29,947 nt of DNA from a virus, in UHGV virus genome UHGV-0175251. One strand, written 5' to 3'. The position numbers and the translations under genes were made by a program. Positions 25,175 to 29,947 of this stretch are shown here, piece by piece. Under the pieces are notes generated by a model, which was not told the DNA's origin, ran no database searches, and worked only from the letters and a program-made list of their open reading frames with translations. Positions within the stretch are counted from its first letter, which is position 1; each line of letters starts with the position of its first letter.

Positions 25175-25503
25175 TGGAGATATTTAGCTGGAAAGTCCGT
25201 CCGGATATGAAGGTGGATTCAGAGCCCAAAGTGGTGACAGTTAAACTGGGTGATGGTTATGAACAGCGTCGTCCGGCGGGACTGAATCCTCTGTTGCCAA
25301 CGTACAGTGTCACGATCCGTGTCCGTAAAGGGGAGCATCAGGCGCTGGAAGCGTTTCTGGCCCGGCACGGTGGGGTCAGGGCGTTTCAGTGGACACCGCC
25401 TTATGGCTGGACACCTGTCCGGGTGGTCTGCCGTAAATGGTCGTCCAGTGTGGGGGCGCTGTGGGTCACGGTAACCGCAAATTTTGAACAGGTCGTGGTA
25501 TGA
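25174..25503 (+). CDS. M: minor tail protein (lambda gpM homolog)
   Basis: FSWKVRPDM...GDGYEQRRPAGLN...TYSVT...FQWTPPYGW...NFEQVV match gpM. Confidence 0.9.
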   Translation: MEIFSWKVRPDMKVDSEPKVVTVKLGDGYEQRRPAGLNPLLPTYSVTIRVRKGEHQALEAFLARHGGVRAFQWTPPYGWTPVRVVCRKWSSSVGALWVTVTANFEQVVV

Positions 25504-25512
25504 GGAGGACGG

Positions 25513-26211
25513 ATGCAGGATATCCGGCAGGAAACACTGAATGAATGTACCCGTACGGAGCAGTCTGCCAGCCTGGTACTCTGGGAAATTGATCTGACAG
25601 AGATTGGCGGGGAGCGTTATTTTTTCAGTAATGAGCCTAACGAGAAGGGGGAGGCCGTCACCTGGCAGGGCCGGAAATATGAGGTGTATCCTGTTCAGGG
25701 AGCAGGGTTTGAAATGAAAGGCAAGGGAAGCAGCGCCCGCCCCACCCTGACGGTGTCCAACCTGTACGGGATGGTTACCGGGATGGTGGAGGATTTACAG
25801 AGTCTGGCTGGCGGAACGGTGATCCGGCGTAAGGTTTACGCCCGTTTTCTGGATGCGGTGAATTTTACTAACGGAAACAGTGAAGCCGATCCGGAACAGG
25901 AGGTGATCAGTTACTGGCGTATTGAACAGTGCAGCGATCTGACGGCGTTGACGGCAACGTTTGTTCTGGCCTCGCCAGCGGAGACAGACGGTGCGGTTTT
26001 CCCGGGACGTACCATGCTGGCCAACACCTGTACCTGGACCTATCGCGGTGATGAGTGCGGTTATCACGGTCCGGCTGTCGCGGATGAATATGACCAGCCG
26101 ACGTCTGATATCACGAAGGATAAATGCAGTAAATGCCTGAGTGGCTGTAAGTCACGTCATAACGTCGGTAACTTTGGCGGTTTCCTTTCCATCAATAAAC
26201 TTTCGCAGTAA
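25513..26211 (+). CDS. L: minor tail protein (lambda gpL homolog)
   Basis: 232 aa, GAGGAGG SD, Cys-rich C-terminus as in gpL. Confidence 0.9.
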   Translation: MQDIRQETLNECTRTEQSASLVLWEIDLTEIGGERYFFSNEPNEKGEAVTWQGRKYEVYPVQGAGFEMKGKGSSARPTLTVSNLYGMVTGMVEDLQSLAGGTVIRRKVYARFLDAVNFTNGNSEADPEQEVISYWRIEQCSDLTALTATFVLASPAETDGAVFPGRTMLANTCTWTYRGDECGYHGPAVADEYDQPTSDITKDKCSKCLSGCKSRHNVGNFGGFLSINKLSQ

Positions 26212-26215
26212 ATCC

Positions 26216-26959
26216 ATGACAGAGACTGAATCAGTGATTCTGGCGCACGCCCGGCGATGTGCGCCAGCGGAGTCGTGCGGCTTCGTGGTGAGAACGCCGG
26301 AGGGGGAAAGGTATCTTCCCTGCGTGAATATCTCCGGTACTCCGGAGGCGTGTTTCCGGATGGTACCGGAAGACTGGCTGCGGGCACAAATACAGGGCGA
26401 GGTGGTGGCGCTGGTCCACAGCCATCCCGGTGGTCTGCCCTGGCTGAGTGAAGCCGACCGTCAGCTGCAGGTACAGAGTGATTTGCCGTGGTGGCTGGTC
26501 TGTCGGGGGGCTCTCCATAAATTCCGCTGCGTGCCACATCTGACCGGAAGGCGCTTTGATCACGGGGTGACGGACTGTTACACGCTGTTCCGGGACGCTT
26601 ATCATCTGGCAGGAATTGAGATACCGGATTTTCATCGTGAGGATGACTGGTGGCGTAACGGTCAGAATCTTTACCTGGACAACATGGCAGATACAGGCTT
26701 TTACCCGGTCACCCTGTCAGCGGCGCAGCCGGGCGATGTGTTGCTGTGCTGCTTTGGTTCATCGGTGCCGAATCATGCCGCCATTTACTGTGGTGACGGC
26801 GAGCTGCTGCACCATATTCCTGAACAACTGAGTAAACGAGAGAGGTATACAGAAAAATGGCAGCGACGCACACACTCCCTCTGGCGGCACCGGGCATGGC
26901 ACGCCTCTGCCTTTACGGGGATTTGCAACGATTTGGCCGCCGCATCGACCTTCGTGTGA
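26216..26959 (+). CDS. K: tail assembly protein (lambda gpK homolog; JAB/MPN and NlpC/P60-like regions)
   Basis: E...HSHPGG...SEAD (JAMM-like) followed by DCYTLFRDAY...H. Overlaps I by 103 nt. Start is the first ATG after the L stop. Confidence 0.8.
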   Translation: MTETESVILAHARRCAPAESCGFVVRTPEGERYLPCVNISGTPEACFRMVPEDWLRAQIQGEVVALVHSHPGGLPWLSEADRQLQVQSDLPWWLVCRGALHKFRCVPHLTGRRFDHGVTDCYTLFRDAYHLAGIEIPDFHREDDWWRNGQNLYLDNMADTGFYPVTLSAAQPGDVLLCCFGSSVPNHAAIYCGDGELLHHIPEQLSKRERYTEKWQRRTHSLWRHRAWHASAFTGICNDLAAASTFV

Positions 26960-27504
26960 AAACGGGGGCTGAAGCCATCCGGGCGCTGGCCACACAACTT
27001 CCGTCGTTTCGTCAGAAACTGAGTGACGGCTGGTATCAGGTACGTATCGCCGGGCGGGATGTCAGCGAGTCCGGGGTAACGGCACAGCTCCATGAGCCGT
27101 TACCGGACGGTGCGGTGATCCACATTGTTCCCCGGCTTGCCGGTGCAAAGCATGGCGGAATTTTTCAGACCATCCTGGGTGCTGTGGTTGTTGCGGTAGC
27201 CTGGTGGAACCCCGCGGGCTGGCTGGGTGCGGCAGCACTTACGGGGATGTATGCCGCCGGGGCCAGTATGATCCTCGGCGGGATAGCGCAGATGCTGACA
27301 CCGGCCATCAAAACGCCGTCCATGGAGTCCGCGGATAACGGCAAACAGAACACCTTTTTTTCCTCGCTGGATAATATGATCGCCCAGGGGAATCCGTTAC
27401 CGGTACTGTATGGTGAGATGCGTGTGGGGTCGCGTGTGATTTCACAGAGTATCAGTACTGCTGATGAGGGTAATGGTGGTCAGGTTGTGGTGATTGGTCG
27501 CTGA
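26857..27504 (+). CDS. I: tail assembly protein (lambda gpI homolog)
   Basis: MAATHTLPLAAPGMARLCLYGDLQRFGRRIDLRVKTGAEAIRALATQLPSFRQKLSDGWYQVRIAGRDV...GQVVVIGR is nearly identical to lambda gpI as remembered. Confidence 0.9.
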   Translation: MAATHTLPLAAPGMARLCLYGDLQRFGRRIDLRVKTGAEAIRALATQLPSFRQKLSDGWYQVRIAGRDVSESGVTAQLHEPLPDGAVIHIVPRLAGAKHGGIFQTILGAVVVAVAWWNPAGWLGAAALTGMYAAGASMILGGIAQMLTPAIKTPSMESADNGKQNTFFSSLDNMIAQGNPLPVLYGEMRVGSRVISQSISTADEGNGGQVVVIGR

Positions 27505-27522
27505 TGTAAAACGTTTTATGTG

Positions 27523-27546
27523 AAACCGCCTGCGGGCGGTTTTGTT
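27523..27546 (+). terminator. hairpin between I and J
   Basis: AAACCGCC / TGCG / GGCGGTTT followed by a T-rich tract. Confidence 0.45.
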
Positions 27547-27564
27547 GTTAATGGAGCCAGATAA

Positions 27565-29947
<2,383 letters not shown>

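Overview
This window is the morphogenesis arm of a lambda-like (lambdoid) enterobacterial prophage, all on the + strand: cos, nu1, A, W, portal B, C/Nu3, D, E, FI, FII, Z, U, V, G, G-T, tape measure H, M, L, K, I and the start of J (runs off the window). The portal gene B is split in frame by a 10,827-bp insertion (4190..15016) bounded by a 7-bp direct repeat GCGCCAT. The insertion looks like a phage-satellite-like integrative element: P4-type tyrosine integrase with arm-type repeats at both ends, AlpA-family regulator, Bro-N protein, a divergent promoter/operator switch with small RHH-like genes, a tightly coupled small-gene operon ending in a RepA-like helicase followed by about 10 GTGGGGA iterons, an SSB, and then a promoter-driven module encoding homologs of lambda major capsid protein E, decoration protein D and scaffold Nu3, its own copy of the cos site, and a Nu1-like small terminase. 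It has no portal, protease, large terminase or tail genes, so it would have to use those of the surrounding phage. All homology calls are from reading the translations against remembered lambda proteins; no database search was run.
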